Part shown: positions 49,101 to 57,800 of the stretch, piece after piece
Layout of the letters: each line of letters opens with the position of its first letter
Numbering within the stretch: the first letter of the stretch is position 1
IMG/VR virus record: IMGVR_UViG_3300038530_004004
Span: 15,589-79,588 of that record
DNA from: a virus
Taxonomy: Duplodnaviria; Caudoviricetes
DNA length: 64,000 bases
Direction: 5' to 3' (one strand)
Program-made: the position numbers and the translations under genes
Notes under the pieces: generated by a model
Databases searched by the model: none
Seen by the model: only the letters and a program-made list of their open reading frames with translations
Told to the model about the DNA's origin: nothing

Positions 49101-49989
49101 TGAAATATTTGTCAGTCAGGGAGGCGGAACAGCTGCTGATCATCTAATGCCATTCTTTAAAGAGGACACAAGGTGGATGATCTTTAAAGTAAAACAAAGA
49201 TCGGCATATAATTATTTTGAAAAAACTGCAGATTCAGCAGACGACACTAATTTTAAATTCCAGTTCAACTTTGGAGATGGTGAGTCGGCAAAAACTGGAT
49301 CGCCTTCTTTTAGTTATAATTGGCCATTTGATTTCTTTAGTTTGATAGAATTGGTTAAAATAGACGCTAATGTAGCATCAATACCATACGGTTTGCCGCC
49401 AGAACCAACAGCCATAGAAGCAATAGAGGCAGGACCATTTAAGGGTGAAGGAAAATTCTTGCCAGATGAAAATCTAGGCGTTGAAACATCCCCTGAAAAT
49501 TCTCCAAAAGAAATGAATCCGGAGAAAAAAGCAGGATTGAGTAAAACGGAAACCGCGGAAGCAGCGCGAAAAAGAGCCCTGGCACTTAAAGAAGAGGCTG
49601 CAAGGAAAAAAAGAGAAGCCGACGAGTCTCGGGCTAGGAAAGAGAAAGAAGCTGCCAAAAAAGCTGAAGAAGCTTTCGAAGCGGAACAAGAAGCAAGAAG
49701 GGCCTTTAAGGAAGCAGAGAGGGCCAAGAATAAACAGGAAGAAATAGAATCAGCTGCCAGAGCTTCAAATGAGAAGAAAAAAGCTATTGCCGCAGCAAAA
49801 GAAGCCGAGCTAGCTAAACAAAAGCAAAAAGAAAAAGAAACGGCCGCACAGAATTCAATCGCAGCACAGGCTGCAGCTGCCGCCGCGGCTGAAGCTGCTG
49901 CAGACCGAGCAGCACGCAGTCGAAATCGTAATACTTCTGGTCGTTCTTCACGCGGCCGCGGCAGCGGCGGTGGTGGCAGCTATGGGTGA
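40198..49989 (+). CDS. Giant baseplate protein (3263 aa), P2 gpI/T4 gp7-like with LamG/concanavalin domains and a charged helical tail
   Basis: LamG motifs TVEFWLK, NNWHHYSF, GSLDEFRFW; KSKGTEKSFRNLIRCFG (KGT motif of gpI/gp7-like wedge proteins, nt ~42013); A/E/K/R-rich C-terminus. Confidence 0.7.
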   Translation: MSLKDLFKEEKFKNLSNVSLNSLTSSGVESPEYIKAFIEQKNKFVPLVDYSKPENFARFGSAEKYYYDSITRIYNSYPYDGSKKEKLLWELSSSNLDIHTFNNGYPRTTGYGVFSTASITATDVSTDHTVWGSYGAAGTGTYEYVSFNGGPHAGVGSKIHIDPDTGEAHYRKGANLYDLSKNRECNLKIGGNDGNTVEFWLKKAAFDSDATQTEVLFDIFTTASISSSLDYGRMTIEMSGTATASPFFVTYMSGTNGISKQQIGESLTPASITDNNWHHYSFRFKNDGSNTSVDLFIDGEFNHNVKAGTTVDYVSGTIVGAIGALATNPSGTNAGAPQAGKGWGKLSGSLDEFRFWKVWRDSRQIQTRWFDQVGGGTNTDDANTHLGLYYKFNEGLTLTSSTDSIVLDYSGRVSNGTWTGYNSSYSRKTGSAINESNLSNFTGSEFRDPIIYAHHPEVVSFLNLKRKEGRNYDYNNPSTIYYSLPSWILEEHDANDPDNEGIIANSLWNLTQILSSYFDDVSNLAKSVPDLGQTSYFSGSQKPIPFMSRILESKGFIAPEIFNAIDALEQFENRDDNSLYTEQISNVKNIIYRNIYNNLSFINKSKGTEKSFRNLIRCFGIDDKVYKLNYYANNADYLLQDNFRTVSDKFKLVNFNLEGHSTATVYQYSSSLDPDPNSATFISASKDFATNVSQESGMSFTVETSIICPNRVDQSQFSTLQENSSQFQNNYSLMLTSSVYGMHTADDANPSDTVWASDDYANFIVRTIKPEFFSNKAKFVLTGTVGGFIPELTSSFFNSVYNDTPWNLMVSLYPTTYPNSNGIDGAGDSDYVVEFSGIQKVLDETINKFTVTGSITLDQATKFLASPKRVFVGAHRTNFSGTLLQPTDVDVNSIRVWQNKLSIDDLSTHASDLNNYSIKNPDQNAYLFNDKIKNVFVPNKETLLLHWNFDSVTGSDASGEFIVDDFTSGSIGQIPRYGFLSNILNKQFTGLGHGFRASSTRVVKIDDVVTAKPNIPEVLANENTIQVLTNDDRYFTRDSRPSFFDLYVEKSPYQNISEEMLKFMSTVVDFNNLIGHGVDRYRGEYKSLKLLRQLFFQRTDTPDIDKYIEYFKWFDLAVAAMIQKLAPMSSGLDERPLRNIIESHILERNKYESKFPTYEFKQSDPEAVLFGINELLYPWKEGHATESLDESVNCLWFKERAERSGEILTSGDADVDSDRQEILDVINNLNNATPPNLSDGTNSYQGSAYALRRFARPYKIKAVKEQQLHGGGNAAENKKVGFWDSIRKRPTQSTPGEGGLISIEPPQSNLEEFKGCDDNLELNKGKRKFKFSAAVFVDGTDNPYEVYKGQMVFPFSLYSSSVNSNPAYADLADFQENLAITNLHHDNYGPFGDVPLQGPFTEKYVGGRAYRHVMTNFTPDNDPPDTQELGRLEGWKISADSSALDLLNIDPHDPKSVYFREEYAKRPVNIKNIQQLTSAVETEDQATDAFGVTKIGNYTNTYEIVMTNGRSINNRYLAEADGFLPSITPDSTAVSGVIDFSLPRRDLTGSNKAIIVNRFSAPGDPATMGEGMLDTAAAEFSIYNVLPFRNLSVRQPLQEFLTNHTNQFGYFSDARTVADFERASWKDYPGGSSSINDPGADLNYIGTGSFHKVNRNGRKQPKYSNAFTGDLGTIEIDTAFDNFFVQHQIPQTDVQYAWITASIIENYTGSALYGFEKPDFKNASLASTDLTFVSSSNIAIAQFFNLAAAPTIFGIVYRDTNAPNFVNTKPFIGATNNLNYLFYEPVSSSTNTLGHPSGTPITDGTTTSLLKGGPLQYRNIRMGTNIGHPFEPPLELAQARGFHGLLYKRQGPAGGASWKLYKKDNHPVVRMHKAENRISYLRPVFGTNSDNKQILLSGSKGSITSSIEPPITSKYKPITHAVVDEVGGEPSVVTINHSYMNNINFFTDRSANEPKVNLDQFLLDPKRNVKTDQQTLDVINYYLYESNDFIGAENLNPIKGLVTFITKETIYPKEQYTYLSSHRQRQNYKNNYWRDSESDRRLTNKGVYAENDGPADATPTRGAVRDAYNFLTDAGTFYSSNVDRVYTKPEMSFNTEEEGSFTGSIWPLDGRLDYETNDPGKIRRYGGEFAEAKVMVGSTSGFMPVISGGSDGAGVLQNSFYPYANYCFGSSSIAGQTAGFNHIQYAPLFPQYNRRVAGVIDSDLLHQYKFGDTKWDAGAQSDKTPTYDTYSEFIEDIKRVGKDHTIIPEFRISNHMDFYLNEAPQGFLSKPDSFLELTGAAEFPNTEPFDSSVNNFFKTYSHSDFLKTFSVVSNIYGEETEASKVTLSVKALLKFLPYDGFYPADRVQDLARLFYESYKSSFAITGSSIDEIGVATEYNFGDTIRGDHLGMINPVWKAFFAPGILFNSIKSGIGVDYPVHTADVSMAFTGSNQATDGVPERYDSNKYLASIPRISSSFDLRIPFDGLLEPEKYINQYIIDNEPHPSASADLSASISTAGSLNYKLAMSNFLASTIDFFKPGGNLTTIISAPDGEPSNFGQDFDPNIEYRMRIALYNGQFGSLKTLNSQIEKGIAAGTLDRNSVSYEVNPPTCVMYAQTGSSNTKSSDYYGSAFGPPVANDSFLTTGEEGTYPLYGSASFEPFTPPYYDGYSHVELVFRPSEAVIPDGESLNILNIMSNVQENGLRFKRFVTGYGEGENNSGWDDPDNTSVATRNRMNLTASIDFKVVQQASVDFDEFGNPLVIKKGPGDGSNILTIQPKWETPILNFKNVDVSVPSIGEGALARGMWHQYGVKPGEAEGIFMQVQDIDSSEFAPTGITPTGSLATLLGIDPKPRKLGQVAFKKKISEAIVAIPFYKTAYNTIQKYKLSKETVAKAKEYAELKGAEQSPNIGTPGFPDAGIVDMVRKMQKFVIPPHLDFIKSPDDIDPFAMFIIDFEVELKQQDLTDIWQNLTPDIGIDFIEKEVELPGEIFVSQGGGTAADHLMPFFKEDTRWMIFKVKQRSAYNYFEKTADSADDTNFKFQFNFGDGESAKTGSPSFSYNWPFDFFSLIELVKIDANVASIPYGLPPEPTAIEAIEAGPFKGEGKFLPDENLGVETSPENSPKEMNPEKKAGLSKTETAEAARKRALALKEEAARKKREADESRARKEKEAAKKAEEAFEAEQEARRAFKEAERAKNKQEEIESAARASNEKKKAIAAAKEAELAKQKQKEKETAAQNSIAAQAAAAAAAEAAADRAARSRNRNTSGRSSRGRGSGGGGSYG

Positions 49990-50008
49990 TGGCAAATTTA
50001 ACGGAGTT

Positions 50009-50017
50009 TCTAATTAT
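50009..50017 (+). promoter_or_regulatory. Candidate phage promoter motif CTAnTTA
   Basis: TCTAATTAT just upstream of ATG 50023. Confidence 0.35.
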
Positions 50018-50022
50018 TAAAC

Positions 50023-51105
50023 ATGAGTTATTTAGATTCAAAAGAAAAAGTACTTGATTTACAACTTACCCCATATGGTAAATTTTTATTATCGATTGGC
50101 AAGCTAAAACCCGTTTATTACGCTTATTTTGATGATGATATTATATACAACAGCGCCAAAGCTGAAATAGTTAATGAGGGTCAAAGTTTAATAGAACCAA
50201 GAATACAAGAAGAAACACCTAGATTTTCTGCACAAACAACTGTAGATGGCATAGAAACTGATTTTGTTGTAAGAAAAGAAACCTTTGAAACAATCGAGGC
50301 CCTCGCGGACATTTATCCGACGATAGATAATTTGTCAGAGGAGGAAACCCTTAAATTTTTTAAAAGAATACCCGAGCCTGCAATAAAAACATTAAGAGAT
50401 CAGTCTATAGGGAGATATAAAAACTCTAGTGGTTACGCACCAGCGTGGAACGCATCTTTTCTTAAATCGCGTTTATCCTCATCATCTGATTTTTTAGAAA
50501 TCTCTGGTTCAAAAGGTAAATCTTTTTACAATATACCTCAACTAAATGTTGATATTAGATATACAAATCAAAGAAACTCCAGTGCTTTTAACTCAAAGTT
50601 TATCCCAGAAGTTTTTGTTGATGAATACGATCCTGATGAGTTAGGCTTTATGGCAAAAAAACTTGGATTAAAAGATGAAATTTCATTTTTACGATTTAAG
50701 AATGGCTCCTCAATTTTTACAGTAAAAGATTTTGTAGCTATTCGCCTAGAGGAGTCAAATACAAATTTTGAAAAGCAAAACTTTGAAGTTGAATTTTATG
50801 AAGTTTATGAAGATTCAAAAGGCGAAGAGCAATTACTTAAAAGAAAATTCTATAAAGATTACAGCCAGTTTGCAGAAGATTCAATAAATAGCTCTATTGG
50901 TGCCGACAAAATGTCAGTTGAAAATGATTTCAATTTATTTTTTGATGGGGACATTGATCCAGAAGTAATGTGCCCATTGATAGTAAAAGACAAAACAAAA
51001 CAATTTTATAATAAAAAAATATTTAATTGTGAAGATTTAATTGAAAAACAAATTGCTGATAATATATACACAGATGTTGATGATACAGGAGATGTTTGCG
51101 ACTAA
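50023..51105 (+). CDS. Virion protein, N-terminus paralogous to 58434-59423
   Basis: LDLQLTPYGKFLLSIGKLKPVYYAYFDDDIIY aligns with LDAVLTDAGRKRLAQGDGSFRVVKFAFGDDEIDY. Confidence 0.6.
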   Translation: MSYLDSKEKVLDLQLTPYGKFLLSIGKLKPVYYAYFDDDIIYNSAKAEIVNEGQSLIEPRIQEETPRFSAQTTVDGIETDFVVRKETFETIEALADIYPTIDNLSEEETLKFFKRIPEPAIKTLRDQSIGRYKNSSGYAPAWNASFLKSRLSSSSDFLEISGSKGKSFYNIPQLNVDIRYTNQRNSSAFNSKFIPEVFVDEYDPDELGFMAKKLGLKDEISFLRFKNGSSIFTVKDFVAIRLEESNTNFEKQNFEVEFYEVYEDSKGEEQLLKRKFYKDYSQFAEDSINSSIGADKMSVENDFNLFFDGDIDPEVMCPLIVKDKTKQFYNKKIFNCEDLIEKQIADNIYTDVDDTGDVCD

Positions 51106-54100
51106 TGCTTTCTATACCAAGTTTATCTCAAGAGTTGTTACCTAACGTTTATATAAAAAGATTATCTTTAGAAACAACATATGCTACTAAAATCACTCCA
51201 CCAAAGAACGACGGCTATACAGTTCCACAATACGCTCTAGAAAAACAAATGGTCCCAGCCGGCAGTCTAGTTGCTAACTTAACCTTGGCAATAAAATTTT
51301 CCAGAGGTGACGGTGATTATAAGTCCGATCTAATAAAATTATTAGAATCTGAATATATGCAAAACTATAACATATACATTCACCAATTAGGTAAAAAATC
51401 TCAATTTGATTATCTTGACTCAACAAACCCGGTAATATATGATTCACAAGGCCAGCTTTCAAATTTAGCCAAAGGTGTTTTAATAAATGAGAGTCCGTTT
51501 GCCGAAAGCGTCGGAACCCAAACAAAAGTTATAAATTTCAAAAATTTATATTATGGTTCTCTATACCCTGGTTCAAACCCAGATGGCGGCTCAATATATA
51601 TTGAACAGGGGTCAAGTGCGCTTGGTCAGGATGATACATTCGAGAATCTTCCGGTACAAATATTAAGTGACGGCACCAGATTAGTTGAAATAGTAGCAAA
51701 CATTAAGTTTGAAAACATAACTAAAAATCAAGACTTTTTGGGATATGCAATAGTTTCTTCTGTTTCAAACCCAGATCTAGATGATAATATTTATGTTTCT
51801 GCTGTGACAAGAGACATTGCAATATTAGATGGTAAATTTCAAGATAAAGGTTTAATTTTTACGATTGCCCAATATCCAGCAAATGAGCCGAATGTCGACA
51901 AACTTTTAAAGTATGGCAACCCTGGAGATATTTGGGCTGGTCCAGTCCATTATCATCAGCCCACTGACTCTTTTATGGCCGGCGCAGCCCATGTAAGCAG
52001 TAAGCCTCATCCTAAATTAGATTATGCAATTGTCAGAAATACAAGATTTGTTGACAATAGAGTTTTTGATAAAATTCAAAAAGTTTTATACAACGCATCA
52101 AAAGATTTTAGTTTTTTAGATGGTGGACAGTCACCATTCTACGGTGCTTTTGATCCATCCAATTGGCTCGATTATAAAAAGGTAGCTTATATAAGTGATA
52201 TATCACTAACTCAAGATAGGCTGGGAAATGTTGAAGGGTACTTCGCTATAGATAAAGAAGAAATTATAGCCGACAAATGTTTTTTTAGGACTTTTTTTGC
52301 AAGTGTTGCACAACTACAAGGACAAGAAGCATATTACGGTGATTTAAATACACAACAAATATTAAATTCTGCAAAACTTTTAAGGTGTGCAATTAAAAAT
52401 GGTAATGAGGTTTTAGCGGTGATGGATGACGATAATTCTTCTACTCCGCAGATTTTTGAATACGGCCCAAATTCTTCTTATACTAGTTCTCAAACAAAAT
52501 CGTTTACAGTTGAAAAAATTAACATGTTCTCACCCGGACTTTACGAAAATGAGCAAGTCTTTGGCGATTTCGGTACCCTTGTTCCCAGGAATCCATTTGA
52601 TACTAGAGAAGTTTTTGTTTTTAAACATAAAATAGGTAATCAAAATAGAACTGGTCCTATAACCACCACTCAAAACTATTCACTGGAGGTTGAATATAGT
52701 GATCCAACTATTGATTTTGTTAAAATGATGAGAAATGGTGTTACCACTGCTTTAACAGATGTCAAAAAAGTAATAAAATTTGTTGAATTTCATGCTGCAC
52801 CGTTGATTAATAATCTTATCGGTGGGAATTTAAAATCAGGTTTCGACCCCATTACCGGTCAAATACACCCATCTGTAATAACTATGATGGTGGACTCGGG
52901 ATTCACTGAATTTACTGATATCCCCCTGGCCGGCGCACAACAGATTAATCTAAATGCTGATATTGGTATATTACTTTTAACATCATTGATGCCTGATAAT
53001 CTTATGTATAGTTACATATATGCATTTTTATATTCAAATAAGTTAAAAGACAAACTATCAGCGATTGATTTCGCGAAATACTTTATCAATCTTGGAAATA
53101 TTTATACAATCACAAATGAAAAGTTAATCCAGTTAGAATCTTTGCTTAGATATATACAGTATACTCTTAATTTGGCTTTAGAGCCAGTTGGCGCAAAAGC
53201 TCTAAAAGTAAGCCGCGGATCTGGATACATTGATAGCATAAGCCAGGGCAACGTTAAAAAGACATCTAAACAAAAAACAATTAAAACTGAATCAAGCAAA
53301 CAATCAACAATAACAACATCTGATCACGGCTATGATTTTACAGGGATTATCGACAGTGATGCGTTTCAACAAGGAAAGGCATCAAACACATCTTTTGGTA
53401 ATTTTTTCTTTAATGGATCTTCTTACCCAGAGGCTGCTGGTAGAAATAAAGAGGCGTTTCTTGATATATTTTTAGCTGATTATGAACTCGCTAGTTTATA
53501 TAACTATTTCGAGTTAACCAAGAACTCTTCTACGCCTGAAAATTTTACTTTTTCGATTAAAGGCACGACTAAAGATTTTAACGCGCTTGATATGCTATAC
53601 TCATATTTGCATACTCCGTGTTTGGATAGCTTGCTTAAGCGTGCTCTAATTTCGACTGTTGTATTACCCCAAAGCGTTTTTGTAGGCAAAAAAAATGTTA
53701 GCCCACAAATAATATTTACATCTATTGCAAAAATCAAAAGGGATATATTAGAAAACAACAGAATTTTTATTAATCAAGCGCCAAACCAGTTTGGAGGAAA
53801 CGCTGTCGCCATATCTTTAGCAGAAGATCTTATTACACTGCACGCAAGACAGGGCACTACTTTTCCTGAAATAACTCAAGGTGAATTTTTTAAAATACAA
53901 AACCAACAGGAGGCCCTTTCACCTAATGATAATGATATTGGCGAAGCAGAGGGAGAAAATTTAGATAATTTTATTCCAGGTTATAAATTTAATTATAATT
54001 TTAAACAAGTTGAAATAAAAAGAAATAATCTAATGAATTCTCTTTTCAGCAAACAAGCACTGAATAAATTTACAAATAATTTTAGGCTTAATTATAATAA

Positions 54101-54617
54101 ACAAATAGAAAACTTGGAAATAACTGACCAGCAGAAAGTAAACATAGAACTCGGTAAAGAATCGCTTGAGAGTTTATCTTTGGTCGTAAAGGATGGTACA
54201 GCTAGCCAATTTAAAGATTATTTAAATAGTGATCAAGGTTACATCGTGAATGGGATTATTGACCCCAGTAGAATATCCCAATTCTTTTTCGTGCATCAAA
54301 ATATTGTTAGAGTTGAATATTTAAGTGGCTATGAGTTTATGAATTATGATATAATATATAATCCTGAAGATAGTCCATATACTAAAGCAGTAATAACAGT
54401 TTACAAAAGCAATATTAAAAAACCGATTTGGAGAACTTTAAACAAAGAGGTTATAGATACGTTTAGACAGTCTTCAAACGCGGAAAGTAAATTATTGTGT
54501 AGGTTGGTGAGATATGACTCTCCTTACATTAATAAATTTTTTGCTAAAAATTTTGATATGCCTTTGGTACACTCTTATTTTACTTTGAATAATGGTGGTC
54601 CGCAAGTAATTGTTTAA
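51105..54617 (+). CDS. Large hypothetical virion protein (~1170 aa)
   Basis: Long ORF; ATG overlaps the upstream TAA (TAATG). Confidence 0.6.
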   Translation: MLSIPSLSQELLPNVYIKRLSLETTYATKITPPKNDGYTVPQYALEKQMVPAGSLVANLTLAIKFSRGDGDYKSDLIKLLESEYMQNYNIYIHQLGKKSQFDYLDSTNPVIYDSQGQLSNLAKGVLINESPFAESVGTQTKVINFKNLYYGSLYPGSNPDGGSIYIEQGSSALGQDDTFENLPVQILSDGTRLVEIVANIKFENITKNQDFLGYAIVSSVSNPDLDDNIYVSAVTRDIAILDGKFQDKGLIFTIAQYPANEPNVDKLLKYGNPGDIWAGPVHYHQPTDSFMAGAAHVSSKPHPKLDYAIVRNTRFVDNRVFDKIQKVLYNASKDFSFLDGGQSPFYGAFDPSNWLDYKKVAYISDISLTQDRLGNVEGYFAIDKEEIIADKCFFRTFFASVAQLQGQEAYYGDLNTQQILNSAKLLRCAIKNGNEVLAVMDDDNSSTPQIFEYGPNSSYTSSQTKSFTVEKINMFSPGLYENEQVFGDFGTLVPRNPFDTREVFVFKHKIGNQNRTGPITTTQNYSLEVEYSDPTIDFVKMMRNGVTTALTDVKKVIKFVEFHAAPLINNLIGGNLKSGFDPITGQIHPSVITMMVDSGFTEFTDIPLAGAQQINLNADIGILLLTSLMPDNLMYSYIYAFLYSNKLKDKLSAIDFAKYFINLGNIYTITNEKLIQLESLLRYIQYTLNLALEPVGAKALKVSRGSGYIDSISQGNVKKTSKQKTIKTESSKQSTITTSDHGYDFTGIIDSDAFQQGKASNTSFGNFFFNGSSYPEAAGRNKEAFLDIFLADYELASLYNYFELTKNSSTPENFTFSIKGTTKDFNALDMLYSYLHTPCLDSLLKRALISTVVLPQSVFVGKKNVSPQIIFTSIAKIKRDILENNRIFINQAPNQFGGNAVAISLAEDLITLHARQGTTFPEITQGEFFKIQNQQEALSPNDNDIGEAEGENLDNFIPGYKFNYNFKQVEIKRNNLMNSLFSKQALNKFTNNFRLNYNKQIENLEITDQQKVNIELGKESLESLSLVVKDGTASQFKDYLNSDQGYIVNGIIDPSRISQFFFVHQNIVRVEYLSGYEFMNYDIIYNPEDSPYTKAVITVYKSNIKKPIWRTLNKEVIDTFRQSSNAESKLLCRLVRYDSPYINKFFAKNFDMPLVHSYFTLNNGGPQVIV

Positions 54618-54620
54618 AAC

Positions 54621-54629
54621 ACTAATTAA
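54621..54629 (+). promoter_or_regulatory. Candidate phage promoter motif (A)CTAnTTA
   Basis: ACTAATTAA upstream of ATG 54644. Confidence 0.4.
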
Positions 54630-54643
54630 TAGAAAGGTTCTAT

Positions 54644-54868
54644 ATGGAAGATTTTATTAACACTTCATTTAATCAAATTTTGTCTAGCTTACAGGGTGGT
54701 TCTGATCAGACACTGATGGATGTAAACCCATTTGGGTTGGGAGAAGTCCCCGGGCCAATATACGGAGAGGGTGCAGCGGAACCACTAGACACCGCGGTAA
54801 ATCCAAATCCAATATATGGAGAGGGTGAACCAGAGCCAGCAGACACTGCGGAGCCTCCAAATGCTTAA
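54644..54868 (+). CDS. Small acidic Pro/Gly-rich protein with internal duplication
   Basis: AGAAAGG upstream; two copies of PIYGEG..EP.DTA. Confidence 0.5.
   Translation: MEDFINTSFNQILSSLQGGSDQTLMDVNPFGLGEVPGPIYGEGAAEPLDTAVNPNPIYGEGEPEPADTAEPPNA
54755..54862 (+). repeat. Two-copy tandem repeat, 54-bp period, imperfect
   Basis: ccaatatacggagagggtgcagcggaaccactagacaccgcggtaaatccaaat at 54755 and ccaatatatggagagggtgaaccagagccagcagacactgcggagcctccaaat at 54809. Confidence 0.85.
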
Positions 54869-54880
54869 ACAAGGTGATAT

Positions 54881-57800
54881 ATGGAAATCATAGACTCGGT
54901 ACCCCAGCTGATAACCGAACCGCCCGGATACTACACTAATTTTATTTATCTATTTAATGATCCAAACCAAGTAGTATTATCACTTATAACCAAAGACCTC
55001 ATCGAACAAAGCGGCATTGATCAAAAAGCCGGGTTGTATTTTGATGCAAAAAATTCAGTGCGCCCAGAAGCGTCTTTACAACAATTTTTGCGTAAAAACG
55101 CTATTAACGTTGCAGTAAAAACCTTCAATGACAACGTAGGCGCCGTAGGCGTCGCATCTATCAGGCTTGGCGACTTTCCTGAAGGCTCTTCTGCCCCAAG
55201 CGATTATTTAGGTAATATAAGAAAAGAAAATAGAGACGTTTCGGTGGAAGCTGAATTAGAGGGTAACGGTTATTATAAAAAAGGCGCTTACATGTTCACA
55301 AACATGGCGAGCAGTAATAAACAAAGGGCTTTTTTCAGAACTTCAAATGATATAGCTTTGAGTCCATTTAATAGACACAATTTTCAAATTGGGCAAAGCT
55401 TCACTCCGCAAGGTGGAGCCGGCGAGGTGCAACAAGCAATAGCATACAAGTATGACAAAATTACATCCTACCCAGGAGATCTTTTTGATGCCAGCGCCTT
55501 CCATGCTCCATTCTTGGATCGAATAGGCGCTGCAGAGTTTGGTGAAAGTGGTATTCAGGACGCACAACAGAGATCGAAGACAGTCGTTTTAATTGCCGGC
55601 AAGTATGTTGCAGTAACATTTAAACCCCAGGGTCTATTAGGTTTAAATACTAATGCATATAAGGAATATGTGCTTAAAAGCAATGGTGGAGGCCCGGGCA
55701 GTCCTGGGTATAAAACAGGCTTCAACCCACAAGATTATGAGTTAAAGCCTTTAGGAAATTTCACTAGCCCAGCACGCTTTACATTCACGCAAGATTTTTG
55801 GATTCAAGTGAGAACGAGCGAGGACAGTGCACCTAATGGCTTCTTTCATACCCAGGCCGTGCAACGATATTTTGACAATCTTATTTTTGAAAGCGGACCA
55901 GTATCAAATATCAACAATCCACGTAGACTAATTTTAGATTCTGCAACAAAAATGGGTGTACCAAGTGGCCAGGGCGCATTTGACACAACACTGTCCCAGG
56001 CCGGCGTTAAAGATATGGAGCCAAGATATGAGGGTTTTTACAATTATTATGATTCTCAATATGAGCCGAGTGTCACATTTGATGGGTTCAATATACTCTT
56101 GGGCCATGGCATACTGCCTAGTATTTATGATTTTCTTTATTTACCTAATCAGTTTAATCAATTAAGTACTATATTATCTTTTGGAACCCCAGAATTAGAA
56201 TCCGAAGCTTCAAATTTATTTACTTTAAAGAATATAAACAATTATCTAGATAATCTATCCAAAACTTATAGGGAATATATAAAAGGTTTTCTTGTAAACC
56301 TAGATCCGGCTGGAGAAGATAAAACCAATACTCTCTTTGCCGGCTATTTAAAAGACTTTCAATATCCCGATTTTGGACCGGCGGGTGCACCGGCGAACGT
56401 TGTTTATAATACACCAATAGCAGGTTTTTTTGATAACTATAAAAATAAGTTTTTGCATAATCTTGCAACAAGAGAAGATTTTCGACAACAAGTATTAAGC
56501 AAAAGAACATCTATTCCAAGTTTTCTTAACGAAATAAAAAATGGCATATATTTTTCAGAAAAAACTTTAGATCTTTTTAATCAAGCGCAACAATTAAAAA
56601 CTACTTTTCCGTTTGTAATGAAAATTGATATTCCTACCGAAGATATGGGGCCAATAGCCAAACTTTTATCAGAAATTGACTTATTAGATTCTATAAATAC
56701 CCACGCAGCTTCATTGACCATGCCTTTTGACGTGAACAATCAGCTTGACTCTCTAAACAATTTAAACGATTTTGGTTATTCGGATTTTGAAACAATAGGA
56801 AAATTTTATGGCGGCACGGTACTGTCGGAGCCGGAAAGTGGCCAATTTAACTTATTTGATGAAATTAATTTAAAAACATTTAGAATGCATTTTGTGAAAT
56901 CACCAGAATCTGAAGGTGCGTACTCTTATCAGGATGATCCATTTCTTTTTACTGACACGATTCCAAATGAGGGATTCAATTCTGAAAATGATCCTTTAGC
57001 AGTATTCAAATCTCCAGCTGATATTTATTTAGACAGTTTTCAAGAGATAGGACTAGACTCTCCAAAAAATGTTTTTGTATATCGTGAAGATCCCCTCAAA
57101 AATACTACATTGTTTTCAAATTTACTTAAAACAATCCAAGGTGAAGAATTTTTGTCTCGCATTAAAAACCTCTTTGTTGAAGGTAGATTAATGAGAACTC
57201 CAAAAGAAATACAAGATGGAAGACTAGCACATCAAGAAACGTTAATGTATGAGATCGCAAAATATAACTTTGTAGCTGGTTTCGACACCCCCAGGTATGT
57301 ACAAAGCATATTTGTGCCTATTTCAGAATTTAGTAATATTCCTTATATAGATACACAAGTTATTCCACATGCAAACTATCTATACAAAATTTTTACTCAT
57401 AAAGTTATCGTGGGTACAAAATACAGAATGAACAAGTTTGAAAAGGGAACCAACCCAAACACAGGTTTAGAAGAGATAATAGAAAGAGTAGCAGATGATT
57501 TGTATAAACACAATTATTTAGTGCAACCTTATTTACAGTTTGTTAGAGTTCCTTACCACAACTCTGAAATGGTAAATACAGCTCTAAATCCTATAAACTA
57601 TTCTAGAATTGATGATTTTCCTCCACTTCCGCCTCAAATACAAATTGTTCCATATAAAGGGGTAAATAATAAACTATTGTTTTTGTTTAATGGGTCAGTG
57701 GGAGAAGTTAGCGAAAGCCCAATACCTATATTTGAAGGCGAAGATGTTATGTTCCAGAACATAATTTTAAGTCAGAAATACAAAAACCTTTTACGGAGGG

